NCBI GenBank assembly: GCA_016211085.1
Contig: JACQSY010000015.1
Coordinates: forward strand, 12,041-76,040
Direction of reading: 5' to 3'
Source: Acidobacteriota bacterium
Lineage (GTDB): Bacteria; Acidobacteriota; UBA6911; RPQK01; JACQSY01
Length of the DNA: 64,000 bases
Position 1 is the first letter of the stretch; each line of letters starts with the position of its first letter. Shown one piece after another: positions 40,172-50,204 of this stretch. Position numbers and translations under genes: made by a program. The notes below the pieces were generated by a model. That model was not told the DNA's origin. It saw only the letters and a list, made by a program, of their open reading frames with translations, and did not search any database.

Positions 40172-40448
40172 CTTAGTACCCCCATTCATCAATAGCGTGA
40201 CGTTGGTTGCGAGGGCGACGGCGGCCAGAAGCGGGACGACGAGGCGATGCCAGACCCATCGGCGAGGAGGAGTAACCATAAGATGGCTGCCGTACCGCCG
40301 CAACCCTTCGGGTAAGTGCAGGTTGCGGGAGATCTCTGCGCCGCTCGTCGTCGACGATGTACATCACATCGCCTCCTCCTCTGTCCTTGACCTCGCCTCG
40401 CAAGCCCCACACGCAAACGTTACAGTATTCGTGAAATGGGGTGCTTAG
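40172..40448. mobile_element. Full-length composite palindromic MITE-like element (277 bp)
   Basis: CTTAG at both flanks (40172-40176, 40444-40448); about 30-bp imperfect terminal IR (22/30); two inverted internal units with CGATG-N7-CATCG hairpins; central CCGCAACC/GGTTGCGG stem; ends match the 6440 element. Confidence 0.8.
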
Positions 40449-40516
40449 ATTGTACGGCGTGCTTGCCGACCTCCTCTGGCGACACTCAGACCTTGCATGA
40501 AACCCGGGCATAGAGA

Positions 40517-40951
40517 TCACCGTCCCGATAGCAATGTGTAATATTTCGCGGGCATTCTTGCAGGACGTCCCTCCCCATTGACAACCAGGTGCTTCGTAAA
40601 ACCGTCCGCATATACGACCGACTGGCTGCAGTCCCGCAGCTCGTAAGCGAACTTTATCAATCGCGTGTGGCATTCGCTTAAGCGTGTACGGACAATAAAC
40701 TCCATGTCATAACGAAGCGGCGCCCGGTAACGGCAAAAAGACTCAACCACCATGAAATATGTCTCTTTTTCCCGCTCCATCTCGTCGTAGGTAAATCCGC
40801 GACTTCGGCAAAACTCGCTCCTCCCCACCTCAAACCAGACCAAATAGCTTGCATAATAAGCAACTCGCATCTGGTCTGTTTCCGCATACCGAACACGCAG
40901 GGGAAAATCAACGTAACCAGGAAACTGCACGTCTTCACTGTTCATTGACAT
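40517..40951 (-). CDS. Acyl-CoA thioesterase (YbgC/4HBT family)
   Basis: RVRYAETDQM.VAYYASYLVWFEVGR. Confidence 0.92.
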   Translation of the reverse strand: MSMNSEDVQFPGYVDFPLRVRYAETDQMRVAYYASYLVWFEVGRSEFCRSRGFTYDEMEREKETYFMVVESFCRYRAPLRYDMEFIVRTRLSECHTRLIKFAYELRDCSQSVVYADGFTKHLVVNGEGRPARMPAKYYTLLSGR

Positions 40952-41978
40952 AAACCCGTTGGACCCGCTGTCCGATTGAGGTCAGCACCTCGTAAGGAAT
41001 GGTTTGCAGTTTCCGTGCCACCTGGTGGGCTGACAACGGTGAATCGACTTCGTTTTCCAGCAGAGCGACTTCTTCTCCAGGTTCAGCTTCGGGAATATCA
41101 GTCAAATCGACGGCTGTCAAATCCATACTGATCCTGCCGGCTATCGGCGCCAGCCGGCTCCGTACTCGGACGGCACCAGCGTTTGATAGAAGCCGGTTGT
41201 AACCATCGGCATATCCAACCGGCAGGACGCCGACCCGGCTGTCACGTTTGGCCACAAATGTCCGCCCATAGCCCACACTCTCCCCACCTGGTACATCACG
41301 CAGCGAAAAAATGACCGTTTTCCATGACAAAACCGGCAACACATAATCAATTTCTGGACAGGGTGGGATCCCGTATAAAGCAAGGCCGATGCGCACAGCA
41401 TCCAGATGCGACTCGGGATAGCGCAATCCGGCACTATCACTGATATGTCGCCGGCATTTGGCGCCGCTGGTTGCCTCAAGAAAACGCTGAAGCTGCAATT
41501 CAGAGAAGGCCCTGTTGGTTCCCGAAGCTGCGAAATGTGAAAAGACACCTTGCACCCTGCCTCCGATCTTCTTAAGGAAGGCCGGCGCTTCCTGCCACGG
41601 AATTCCCAGCCGGTTCAGACCGGTGTCGATCTTGACCTCAATTTTGACAGGTGCAGGCGGAACGCGTTCATCAAAGACACTTGCTGTCAGGTCGTATTCG
41701 AGGAAAGTCCTCTCGTCTCCCTCTGGACAACCGCCGAGTACCAGAATGGATGAATTGGGTACGAACTGGCGCAGTTCAATAGCTTCTTCCAGAGTGGCCA
41801 CGGTGAAGTTACGAATACCATCCCGGTAAAGCCGATGCGCCACTCCGGCCACGCCATGGCCATATGCGTTGGCTTTGACCACGGCAATAATATCCGTGGA
41901 CGTCTGAAGGTGAGCACGGATGTTCTCGATATTGTGCGTCAGGCGAGGCAGAGAGATTTCAGCCCAGGATCGACTCAT
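40935..41978 (-). CDS. alr: Alanine racemase
   Basis: AVVKANAYGHG (PLP Lys), KIDTGLNRLG, VGYG, GYADG, GRISMD, TIPYEVL. Confidence 0.95.
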   Translation of the reverse strand: MSRSWAEISLPRLTHNIENIRAHLQTSTDIIAVVKANAYGHGVAGVAHRLYRDGIRNFTVATLEEAIELRQFVPNSSILVLGGCPEGDERTFLEYDLTASVFDERVPPAPVKIEVKIDTGLNRLGIPWQEAPAFLKKIGGRVQGVFSHFAASGTNRAFSELQLQRFLEATSGAKCRRHISDSAGLRYPESHLDAVRIGLALYGIPPCPEIDYVLPVLSWKTVIFSLRDVPGGESVGYGRTFVAKRDSRVGVLPVGYADGYNRLLSNAGAVRVRSRLAPIAGRISMDLTAVDLTDIPEAEPGEEVALLENEVDSPLSAHQVARKLQTIPYEVLTSIGQRVQRVYVNEQ

Positions 41979-43348
41979 TCATGCCCGGCAGAGAGGTTTT
42001 CAAATTTGGTCCACTGGTCAATAAAAGCCAATTTGACCGTATAGCCTGCGGGGCCGTTCCTTTGTTTTGCAATGATGATCTGAGCGACTCCCGAATCTTC
42101 CGAAGGATCTTCCTCCTTGTGGTACTGGTCTTCGCGATAAATAAACAACACCACGTCCGCGTCTTGTTCGATGGAGCCCGATTCCCGAAGATCGGAAAGT
42201 TTCGGTTTATGGTCTTCTCCACGCCGTTGCTCAGGAGCACGGCTTAGCTGCGAGATGGCGACGACCGGGATGTTGAGTTCTTTGGCCAGTGCTTTCAACC
42301 CTCGCGAGATCGCAGCAATTTCCTGCTGGCGATTTTCATAACGGGTCCTAGTGCCGAGCACGGAAGCGGCCATAAGCTGAAGGTAATCAACCATGAGCAG
42401 GTCCAGTCCATGTTCAGCCTTCAGGCGGCGCGCCTTAGAGCGCATTTCACCCATTGAAATACCGGGCGTATCATCGATAAAAATCGAAGCCTGGGCCAAC
42501 GTGCTCATTGCCCGCGCTAATTTGCTCCAATCCTCTTTGGAGAGAAACCCCGACCGTACTTTATGGCCATCCACTCTGGCTTCAGCACACAACAGGCGAG
42601 TCACCAACTGGTTTGATGACATCTCCAAGCTGAAAAACCCGACAGTTTTTTTCCCGCGAGTTGCAGCATGTTGGGCTATGTTCAGCGCCAGACTGGTTTT
42701 TCCGAGTCCGGGTCGTGCCGCCACGATGATCAGATCAGATTTCTGAAGGCCACAGGTCAGCCGATCCAGCTCGATAAAGCCCGAAGCGATTCCGGTGATC
42801 AGCTCTTTGCGATGATAGAGCGATTCGATGTGCTGGTAAGTGGCCGGAAGAAGATCTTGCAATTGTGAAAAGCCCCGGGTGGATTTCTGCTGGCTGATTT
42901 CGAAAATGGATCGTTCGGCGGCCTCCAGTAATTCAGCAGCATTTTCTTCGTTGGACAGGCCGCGCGTCACGATCTCATTGGCGAAATGCACAAGTCTGCG
43001 CAACAGCGCCTTTTCCTTCACTATGCGCGCGTAGTGTTCCAGGTTGGAAAGGCGCGGCACACCATCCAGAAGCGACGCCACGTAGGACACACCGCCTGTG
43101 GCCTCAAGAACTGACTCTCTTTGGAGTTCCTCAATCAACGTGAGCGAGTCGATGGCATGCGAGGCTGCGCTAAGGCGCGCCATTGTGGAAAAGATTCTGC
43201 GATGCCCCTCCAGAAAGAAGTCTTCGGATGTCAGAATCTCCGCGGCCTGGTCGAGCAGAGCATTGTCGAGAAGTATGGCGCCTAACACGGCACGCTCCGC
43301 ATCCAAATTCTGGGGGAGGGTTTTCTCCGGAAGGACGTCCACTGCCAT
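41975..43348 (-). CDS. dnaB: Replicative DNA helicase
   Basis: AERAVLG, AARPGLGKT, FSLEM, VDYLQL, SQLSR, SDLRESGSIEQDAD, KQRNGP; no intein seen. Confidence 0.98.
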   Translation of the reverse strand: MAVDVLPEKTLPQNLDAERAVLGAILLDNALLDQAAEILTSEDFFLEGHRRIFSTMARLSAASHAIDSLTLIEELQRESVLEATGGVSYVASLLDGVPRLSNLEHYARIVKEKALLRRLVHFANEIVTRGLSNEENAAELLEAAERSIFEISQQKSTRGFSQLQDLLPATYQHIESLYHRKELITGIASGFIELDRLTCGLQKSDLIIVAARPGLGKTSLALNIAQHAATRGKKTVGFFSLEMSSNQLVTRLLCAEARVDGHKVRSGFLSKEDWSKLARAMSTLAQASIFIDDTPGISMGEMRSKARRLKAEHGLDLLMVDYLQLMAASVLGTRTRYENRQQEIAAISRGLKALAKELNIPVVAISQLSRAPEQRRGEDHKPKLSDLRESGSIEQDADVVLFIYREDQYHKEEDPSEDSGVAQIIIAKQRNGPAGYTVKLAFIDQWTKFENLSAGHE

Positions 43349-43468
43349 GCGGGTATTATAACCAGCGGGGGCGAGAAAACACGGAAATGCTCAGCAACAG
43401 AAATAAAAAGGGATGAACACTTCGAAAATCCACAGTTCAGATCTAAATTGGAGCGGATCGGGCGTTCC

Positions 43469-44206
43469 TTACTCCGCTTCCTTCTTTTTCTTGCTGGGTC
43501 GCTTACTCTCTTTTTTGCTTGGCTTTAGCTCTTCGCTAGGGGTGGCCTTGCGCGCTTTCCGTTCAGATTCGGCAGCCTTTTCTCCGGAGCGAGCGGAGGC
43601 TGCAACACGGCCTTTTTTCGCCGGCTGCTTTTCCACCTCGGGCTGGACCTGGAGTGAAGGCCGCGCACTGAGCTGTTCGATATCGCGAAGCTTTGAATCC
43701 AGCTCCGCGATGATTCGTTCGCTTTCCTCGTCTTTCTTTTTGACCTTGGTGATGGTTTCATCACCCTCCACCACCACGGAAAGCAGCAATTCGGCTTTCA
43801 CATCGCTGTGCAACAGCACCGAGATTCTATGGTTACCTATGGTCTTGACCGGCTGCTGCAGAAGGATTCTTCTTCGATCCAAATGAATGCCGTTTTGTTC
43901 GAGAAGATCGGTCAGGTCCTTTGAAGTCACCGATCCAAACAGCACTCCGGTTTCACCTGCTTTTCGAGAAAGGATAACATGTAGTTGGTTCAGCTCGTTG
44001 GCCAGGAGTTCAGCTTCCCCGCGGAATTTTGCCTCTTTCCTGGCAAACGCCAGTTGCTGCTGCTCGATCATTTTGAGATTGCCCGGCGTCACCGGAATGG
44101 CCAGCTTCTTCGGGATCAGGTAATTACGGCCATAACCCTCGGCCACTCTTACCACCTCACCCCGCCGTCCCAGGTGAAAAACATCATCTATCAATATCAC
44201 TTGCAT
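43469..44206 (-). CDS. rplI: 50S ribosomal protein L9 with long charged C-terminal tail
   Basis: MQVIL..V..LG..GEVV.VAEGYGRNYLIP, LFGSVT; start ATG 44206. Confidence 0.95.
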   Translation of the reverse strand: MQVILIDDVFHLGRRGEVVRVAEGYGRNYLIPKKLAIPVTPGNLKMIEQQQLAFARKEAKFRGEAELLANELNQLHVILSRKAGETGVLFGSVTSKDLTDLLEQNGIHLDRRRILLQQPVKTIGNHRISVLLHSDVKAELLLSVVVEGDETITKVKKKDEESERIIAELDSKLRDIEQLSARPSLQVQPEVEKQPAKKGRVAASARSGEKAAESERKARKATPSEELKPSKKESKRPSKKKKEAE

Positions 44207-44263
44207 ATGAAAACCTCTGCACAGGAACAGCACCCATCGCGGGCTGCTTTGGATAGGATACCC

Positions 44264-44476
44264 TTACTCCGCGACGTGGGGGAGCAACGCCAGGTGCCGG
44301 GCCCGTTTGATGGCCAGCGCCAGCATGCGCTGGTGGCTGGCACAGACGCCGGAAATCCGGCGGGGCAATACCCGTGCGCGTTCCGGAACAAACTGGGAGA
44401 GAATACGAACATCCTTGTAATCAATATAGTCGATCCGCTCGGCGCAAAATTTACAGAATTTCCTCCGTCTCACCAC
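44264..44476 (-). CDS. rpsR: 30S ribosomal protein S18 (zinc-binding type)
   Basis: [38 protein letters not shown]. Confidence 0.97.
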   Translation of the reverse strand: MVRRRKFCKFCAERIDYIDYKDVRILSQFVPERARVLPRRISGVCASHQRMLALAIKRARHLALLPHVAE

Positions 44477-44479
44477 AGG

Positions 44480-44893
44480 CTACTCCTTCTCTATTTCCAT
44501 CTCCTCGCTAATCGGCTCTTGCCGACGAGGAGGCGAAATGGCACGTTTCTTTTTCCGCACTTCACGGCGTGCTTTGAACTTATCGGCCCTTTTCAAGTCT
44601 AGATCCGTGCGCACGGATAAGAACCGAATCACGTTGTCAGTCACTTTAAAACGCCGCTCCAACTCCAGAACCGCATCACCAGAACCCGCTTCCAGGGTCA
44701 TAGTGACGTAAATACCTTCGTTGTGTTTTTTCACCGGAAAGGCGAGACGGCGTTTTCCCCATTGGTCCACGTTGAGGATTCTTGCGCCCTTTTCTTCCGC
44801 CGACTTCTTGAAGGACTGCACTGCCTGATCGACTTCGTCCTCCGTCAATGTTGGCGTGAGGACGAACACCACTTCATATTTCCTGAGCGACAT
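44480..44893 (-). CDS. rpsF: 30S ribosomal protein S6
   Basis: RKYEVVFVL.P, WGKRRLAFPVKK..EG.Y, VIRFL. Confidence 0.97.
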   Translation of the reverse strand: MSLRKYEVVFVLTPTLTEDEVDQAVQSFKKSAEEKGARILNVDQWGKRRLAFPVKKHNEGIYVTMTLEAGSGDAVLELERRFKVTDNVIRFLSVRTDLDLKRADKFKARREVRKKKRAISPPRRQEPISEEMEIEKE

Positions 44894-44943
44894 TGATCTC
44901 CTTCACTGTAAAAAAAAATTTATTTTAGCACACTCTCGGGAGT

Positions 44944-46944
44944 TCAACGCAGAAGCGGTGCAATCACCAGGGAAACGATGGACATCAGCTTGATTAGGAT
45001 ATTCATGGAAGGGCCGGTGGTGTCTTTGAAGGGATCTCCGACAGTATCTCCCACCACGGCGGCTTTGTGGGCCTCCGAGCCTTTACCCCCCAGCTGACCT
45101 TTCTCAATCAGTTTCTTGGCATTGTCCCAAGCCGCGCCTGCATTGGCCATAAACAGAGCCAGTAAGACCCCTGAGAGCGTGGCCCCCGCCAACATCCCAC
45201 CCAGACCTTCAGCACCGAGTACGGTCCCAATGATGACCGGCATCAGCACCGCCAACATTCCTGGAAAGATCATTTCCTTGAGTGCTGCCTGCGTCGAGAT
45301 ATCGATACAACGGGCCGTATCGGGTTTGGCAGTACCTTGCATCAAGCCTGGTATTTCACGGAATTGACGCCTCACTTCCTCGACCATTTTAAAAGCCGCT
45401 TTCCCTACCGAGGACATGGTGAGATCGGCGATATAAAAGGGCAAGATTCCGCCTACAAACAAGCCTGTGACCACAATGGGATTGGTAAGGTCCAGGGACT
45501 TCAATCCTACTGTCTGCACGTACGCGGAAAACAGCGCCAATGCGGTAAGGGCGGCTGATCCAATGGCAAATCCCTTGCCAATAGCCGCGGTGGTGTTGCC
45601 AAGCGCATCCAGGCTGTCGGTGATTTCACGGGTCTCGGGGCCGAGCTTGCTCATTTGAGAAATTCCACCCGCGTTATCGGCTATAGGCCCATATGCGTCT
45701 ACGGACATAGTTATTCCCACGGTGGCTAGCATACCCACCGCCGCAATGCTGATTCCGTAAAGACCCGCGTAGTTGTATGAAATCAGAATAGCGCCACAAA
45801 TCGTTAACACCGGAAGCGCGGTGGACTGCATGCCCACGGCAAGACCACTGATGATGTTGGTGGCGACTCCGGTTTTGCAGGAGTCGGCAATTTTTTGGAT
45901 CGGTTTTCCCGACGTGTACCATTCAGTGATCAGGCCAATGACCACTCCTGAAATAGCGCCCACAAGGACGCTGTAAAAAATTCCCAGTTCCACTTCCAAA
46001 ATGTTTACCACCAAAAATGTGCCGGCCAGCAGCAGGGCCGCACTCACATAGGTAGAATTGCGGAGGGAGGCCGCCGGGCCCAGCGTCCGCAGAATACGCA
46101 TGGACAGAATGCCTGCTATTGAAGCGATCAGGCCAATCAAACCCAGGAAGATCGGCAACGCCATGTAAACAGACTGATTCTCGCTGGTGATATTGAGAAA
46201 TCTGGAGGTGCCAGCCGCCGCAATCGCAATGGTGGCAACCATAGAACCAACATAGCTTTCAAAGATATCCGCTCCCATTCCGGCAGTATCACCGACACAA
46301 TCCCCCACGTTATCCGCTATCGTTGCAGGATTGCGGGGATCATCTTCCGGAATACCGGCCTCGACTTTCCCTACCAAGTCTGCCCCCACGTCGGCGGTCT
46401 TTGTGTAAATTCCGCCGCCGACCCGCGCGAACAGCGCAATAGAACTGGCGCCCATCCCATAGCCGGTAATATCCCCGGCATCCAACGTTCCTCTCAAATA
46501 AAGAAGGAATGCCAACCCGATGCCGAGTAGCCCCAGACTTGCCACCGAAAGCCCCATCACGGCACCGCCGTAAAACGCGACGTTTAAAGCTTGAATCAAA
46601 CCGGAGTCCCGAGCCGCTTGCGAAGTACGCACGTTGGCCCGAGTGGCCGCTTTCATGCCAAAAAAACCCGCCAAAATGGAACTCAGTGCGCCGAAAATGA
46701 AGGCGAGAGCTGTCCACAGTGAGATGGCCCACGACAGAAGCGCGAACACAAGCAGGACAAAGCCGGCCAGAATGGTGTACTCGCGCCGCAAAAAAACCAT
46801 CGCCCCTTGATGGATGGCGTCGGAGATCTCAATCATCAATCCGTCAGTGACGGTTATTCGTTTAATCGAGAAGTAAATCCAAGCAGCAAAGCCCAGCCCA
46901 ATCAGACCACCAATCGGAAATATCAGCGGGTAGGAATCAAGCAT
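44944..46944 (-). CDS. hppA: Membrane-integral pyrophosphatase, K+-dependent (probably Na+-translocating)
   Basis: [57 protein letters not shown]. Confidence 0.95.
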   Translation of the reverse strand: MLDSYPLIFPIGGLIGLGFAAWIYFSIKRITVTDGLMIEISDAIHQGAMVFLRREYTILAGFVLLVFALLSWAISLWTALAFIFGALSSILAGFFGMKAATRANVRTSQAARDSGLIQALNVAFYGGAVMGLSVASLGLLGIGLAFLLYLRGTLDAGDITGYGMGASSIALFARVGGGIYTKTADVGADLVGKVEAGIPEDDPRNPATIADNVGDCVGDTAGMGADIFESYVGSMVATIAIAAAGTSRFLNITSENQSVYMALPIFLGLIGLIASIAGILSMRILRTLGPAASLRNSTYVSAALLLAGTFLVVNILEVELGIFYSVLVGAISGVVIGLITEWYTSGKPIQKIADSCKTGVATNIISGLAVGMQSTALPVLTICGAILISYNYAGLYGISIAAVGMLATVGITMSVDAYGPIADNAGGISQMSKLGPETREITDSLDALGNTTAAIGKGFAIGSAALTALALFSAYVQTVGLKSLDLTNPIVVTGLFVGGILPFYIADLTMSSVGKAAFKMVEEVRRQFREIPGLMQGTAKPDTARCIDISTQAALKEMIFPGMLAVLMPVIIGTVLGAEGLGGMLAGATLSGVLLALFMANAGAAWDNAKKLIEKGQLGGKGSEAHKAAVVGDTVGDPFKDTTGPSMNILIKLMSIVSLVIAPLLR

Positions 46945-46947
46945 TGC

Positions 46948-47544
46948 TCAATCTTCGGCTACAGGTTTAAGGCGGTTTTTCGAACGTTCGTTGAACACGG
47001 ACATGGCGCGATCCAGACCGTCCACAATAATGGTTCGAATGGCTTCAATGGCCAGATCGATCATTTCATCCACAACCTTCCTCTCAGTTTTCGTGAAATT
47101 GCTCAAAACAAATTGCGAATAATCCTCCAGTGGTGTTTCCCCCGGAGAAATTCCCACCCGCAGGCGGGGAATCTGAGTTCCGAAAGACTGGATGATCGAC
47201 TCCATCCCTTTCTGCCCCCCCGAGCTTCCCGATCTTCGAACCCGTATCGACCCGAGAGGCAGATCAATATCGTCGTAGACAATCAGCATTTGGGACAGAT
47301 CCAGCGGATAGTGCTTTAAGAGTTCTTGCAGAGCACTTCCACTGAGATTCATGAAGGTCTGTGGCTTGGCAAGGACCACGATTTCTCCCGACTGCTCCAG
47401 CATGCAGGTCAATGATCGGGCGAAAATGCTCTCGAACTTCTTGCCATGTTGTTCCGCCAGCCGGTCCAGGATCATGAATCCTATATTGTGACGGCTTTTG
47501 CGGTACTGGGGACCGGGGTTGCCCAGGCCGGCGATGAGGTACAC
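46948..47544 (-). CDS. pth: Peptidyl-tRNA hydrolase
   Basis: GLGNPG.QY..SRHNIG, KPQTFMNLSG, YDDIDLP; GGQKG in place of the usual GGHNG. Confidence 0.95.
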   Translation of the reverse strand: MYLIAGLGNPGPQYRKSRHNIGFMILDRLAEQHGKKFESIFARSLTCMLEQSGEIVVLAKPQTFMNLSGSALQELLKHYPLDLSQMLIVYDDIDLPLGSIRVRRSGSSGGQKGMESIIQSFGTQIPRLRVGISPGETPLEDYSQFVLSNFTKTERKVVDEMIDLAIEAIRTIIVDGLDRAMSVFNERSKNRLKPVAED

Positions 47545-47550
47545 TCAGAA

Positions 47551-48213
47551 TTACTCCTCTTCCCCTTCAGCTTTCCCTTCTTCAGCTTTACCTTTCTTGA
47601 TGACCTCAGGTTCTGCGGCCACTGGTTCCACCACTGCTTCCACAACACGCTCAATGTGCGGCGGCACCACAGTTACCACTACCAGTTCTGCATCCGAAAG
47701 GACCCTGATTTTGGAATGGTCCACCGGTATGTTCTCCACGCGTATGGAATCACCGATAGCCAGACTCGAGACTTCAACGCGCAAGCGATCCGGGACATCA
47801 CGAGGCAAACATTCTACCTCCACCTCACGGAGCACGATGTCCAGCACGCCCCCCGTTTCTTTTACTCCCTTGGGCACTCCCACAGCTTCTATGGGCACTT
47901 TGAATTCCATCATGCGATCCATGGCAATGGCCTGAAAATCCGCATGCAGCAGACGCCCTTGTACGGGATGAAGCTGGTATTCTTTGATCAGAACCTCCTT
48001 GGGGCTGCCATCGATGCTCAGCTTGAAGATGGTGTTGTGCCCGGTTTCCGAATGCAGGATATGAATTACATCTTTTGGATCTACGCTGATGGGGAGCGGC
48101 GCCATGCCTTCGCCGTACACGACGGCTGGAATTTTGCCGGTTCGCCTCAGCTGCCGATTGGCATTCTTTCCAAAAGTCTTTCTCGGCTCCGCGTTTACGA
48201 TCATTTCAGCCAT
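47551..48213 (-). CDS. rplY: 50S ribosomal protein L25/Ctc
   Basis: GKNANRQLRRTGKIPAVVYG, QLHPV..LLHADF, GVK.TGG. Confidence 0.96.
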   Translation of the reverse strand: MAEMIVNAEPRKTFGKNANRQLRRTGKIPAVVYGEGMAPLPISVDPKDVIHILHSETGHNTIFKLSIDGSPKEVLIKEYQLHPVQGRLLHADFQAIAMDRMMEFKVPIEAVGVPKGVKETGGVLDIVLREVEVECLPRDVPDRLRVEVSSLAIGDSIRVENIPVDHSKIRVLSDAELVVVTVVPPHIERVVEAVVEPVAAEPEVIKKGKAEEGKAEGEEE

Positions 48214-48305
48214 TTGTCAGACTCCTTACTCTCATCTTCCCCAAATACAAACTTATTATTTTAGCTTAGCTGGGATTTCTTGAACAGAAAGTGCCGCTAT
48301 CGCTA

Positions 48306-49241
48306 TTACACGAAGAGACGGCTCACCGACGTCTCTTCATGAATCGACTTGATGGCTTCCCCCAGAAGCCCGGCCACGCTGAGAACCTTAATCTTGGAAA
48401 CCTGCTTTTCCGGGGAAAGCTGAATGGTATTGGTAACAATAACCTGCTCAAAGTGCGAATCCACAATTCTCTTTACTGCAGGCCCTGAAAGCACCGCGTG
48501 GGTTGACGCGGCAAACAGACGACACGCGCCTTCTCTCTTCAGGGCCTCAATCGCCCTCAACATTGTGCCCGCCGTGTCAATAATATCGTCAACGATAATA
48601 ATGTTCTTGCCAACAACATCTCCCACGATGTTCATGACTTCCGCTTCGTTGTCGGCGACTCGCCGCTTGTCAATAATCGCCAGACCGGCATTCAAACGCT
48701 TGGCGTAAGCTCGAGCGCGTTCCACACCTCCGGAATCGGGAGAAACGACGGTGAGGTTTTCGATTCCAAGTTGCTGGATGAACTCCAGAATTATAGGCGT
48801 GGCGAAAAGGTGATCAACCGGGATATCAAAAAAACCCTGAATCTGCCCTACATGAAGGTCCATCGTGAGCATCCGATGGGTTCCGGCAGCCGAGATAAGA
48901 TCTCCAACCAGCTTTGCGGTGATGGGGACTCGAGGTTTATCTTTCCTGTCCTGCCGGGCGTACCCGTAGTAGGGGACGACGGCGGTAATTCTCTTTGCAG
49001 AAGATCGCTTGAAAGCGTCGATCATGATGAGCATTTCCATGAGGTTCTCGTTTACGGGCGGGCAGGTAGGTTGGACGATGAAAACATCCTGACCGCGAAC
49101 ATTCTCCAAAATCTGGAAATTGACCTCATCATCACTGAATCGCTTGATGCTGCATTCACCTAAGGGGACACCCAGGTAGTTTGCGATCTCGCAGGCCAGC
49201 GTTCGATTGGCACTTCCGCTAAAAATCTTCAGTTCCGTCAT
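48306..49241 (-). CDS. prs: Ribose-phosphate pyrophosphokinase
   Basis: ENVRG, PYYGYARQDRK, VSPDSGGVERA, VDDIIDTAGT. Confidence 0.98.
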   Translation of the reverse strand: MTELKIFSGSANRTLACEIANYLGVPLGECSIKRFSDDEVNFQILENVRGQDVFIVQPTCPPVNENLMEMLIMIDAFKRSSAKRITAVVPYYGYARQDRKDKPRVPITAKLVGDLISAAGTHRMLTMDLHVGQIQGFFDIPVDHLFATPIILEFIQQLGIENLTVVSPDSGGVERARAYAKRLNAGLAIIDKRRVADNEAEVMNIVGDVVGKNIIIVDDIIDTAGTMLRAIEALKREGACRLFAASTHAVLSGPAVKRIVDSHFEQVIVTNTIQLSPEKQVSKIKVLSVAGLLGEAIKSIHEETSVSRLFV

Positions 49242-49246
49242 TGGTT

Positions 49247-50197
49247 CTATTCAGGAAATTTCAGACCCGAACGCTTGAACTCGCGCCTGTAAGCGTTCCT
49301 GCCCAGGGTGCGACAATGGAACACCCGACCCAAATCGTTCCGTTCCACCGCCTCGGCAGCCCTGAGACGGCCTTCTGCGGAACTTATCGCCAGGAGGGTG
49401 GAGCCGCTCCCGCACAGTAGAATTTTTTCGCAACCCGCCTCCGCCAGGATCTGGCGCACTCGTTGGAGAAGCGGATATTTCTTAAAGAGCGGAGTCTCGA
49501 AATCGTTTTCCAGCAGAGCCGGGGAACACTTAAAGTTTTCAACAGCTTCGCGGAAGTTCTGCATTTTAGAAGCTGCGCCCCGGCTTGTCAATACGGCTTC
49601 AGGAGTCCAGGAGCCCCACATTTCCAGACCATAAGCCTCGCTGGTGCTGATGCTCATTCCGGGATGCACCAGAAGCAGCTCCCGCTCAGCGTTGTCAGGA
49701 AGCGGCGTGATGATTTCCCCTCTCCCCTCCCCCAGAGCGCTCCCACCCCACAGAAAGAAAGGAACGTCAGAACCGAGACGCCCGCCCAGTTCTGCAAGCT
49801 GTGAGAGTGACAGTCCTGCCTCCCATAACTGATTTAACGCCATTAGCGTGACGGCTGCGTTGCTGGAGCCTCCCCCCAGACCGGCCGACATCGGCACTCT
49901 CTTTTTCAGACGGATGAAAACTCCCTTTGTCCCGGAAACATGCTCTCGGAGCAAGCTTGCCGCCCGCAGGACCAGGTTTTCTCTTACCGGTCCGGGGGAC
50001 CTGCCGTTAACCTCGAGTTGAATCACCGGCTGATCCAGAACCTGCAATTCCAGGCCATCCTTCAGATCAACCGTCTGATAGAGGGTCAGGATCTCATGGA
50101 ACCCGTCGGAGCGTTTCCCCAATATCTTTAGAATCCAGTTCACCTTTGCAAAAGATGGGAGGGAAAGCAAGGCGGCCATTAGGAGGATTGCCGTCAA
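49247..50197 (-). CDS. ispE: CDP-ME kinase
   Basis: AKVNW.L.ILGKRSDGFHE, PMSAGLGGGSSNAA, GSDVPFF, NDFE. Confidence 0.95.
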   Translation of the reverse strand: MTAILLMAALLSLPSFAKVNWILKILGKRSDGFHEILTLYQTVDLKDGLELQVLDQPVIQLEVNGRSPGPVRENLVLRAASLLREHVSGTKGVFIRLKKRVPMSAGLGGGSSNAAVTLMALNQLWEAGLSLSQLAELGGRLGSDVPFFLWGGSALGEGRGEIITPLPDNAERELLLVHPGMSISTSEAYGLEMWGSWTPEAVLTSRGAASKMQNFREAVENFKCSPALLENDFETPLFKKYPLLQRVRQILAEAGCEKILLCGSGSTLLAISSAEGRLRAAEAVERNDLGRVFHCRTLGRNAYRREFKRSGLKFPE

Positions 50198-50204
50198 AAA
50201 AGGC

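Noticed and set aside
40043-40673. Several short ORFs (75-166 aa) over the radA-thioesterase gap
   Set aside because: By-products of the GC-rich palindromic element; no protein-like motifs
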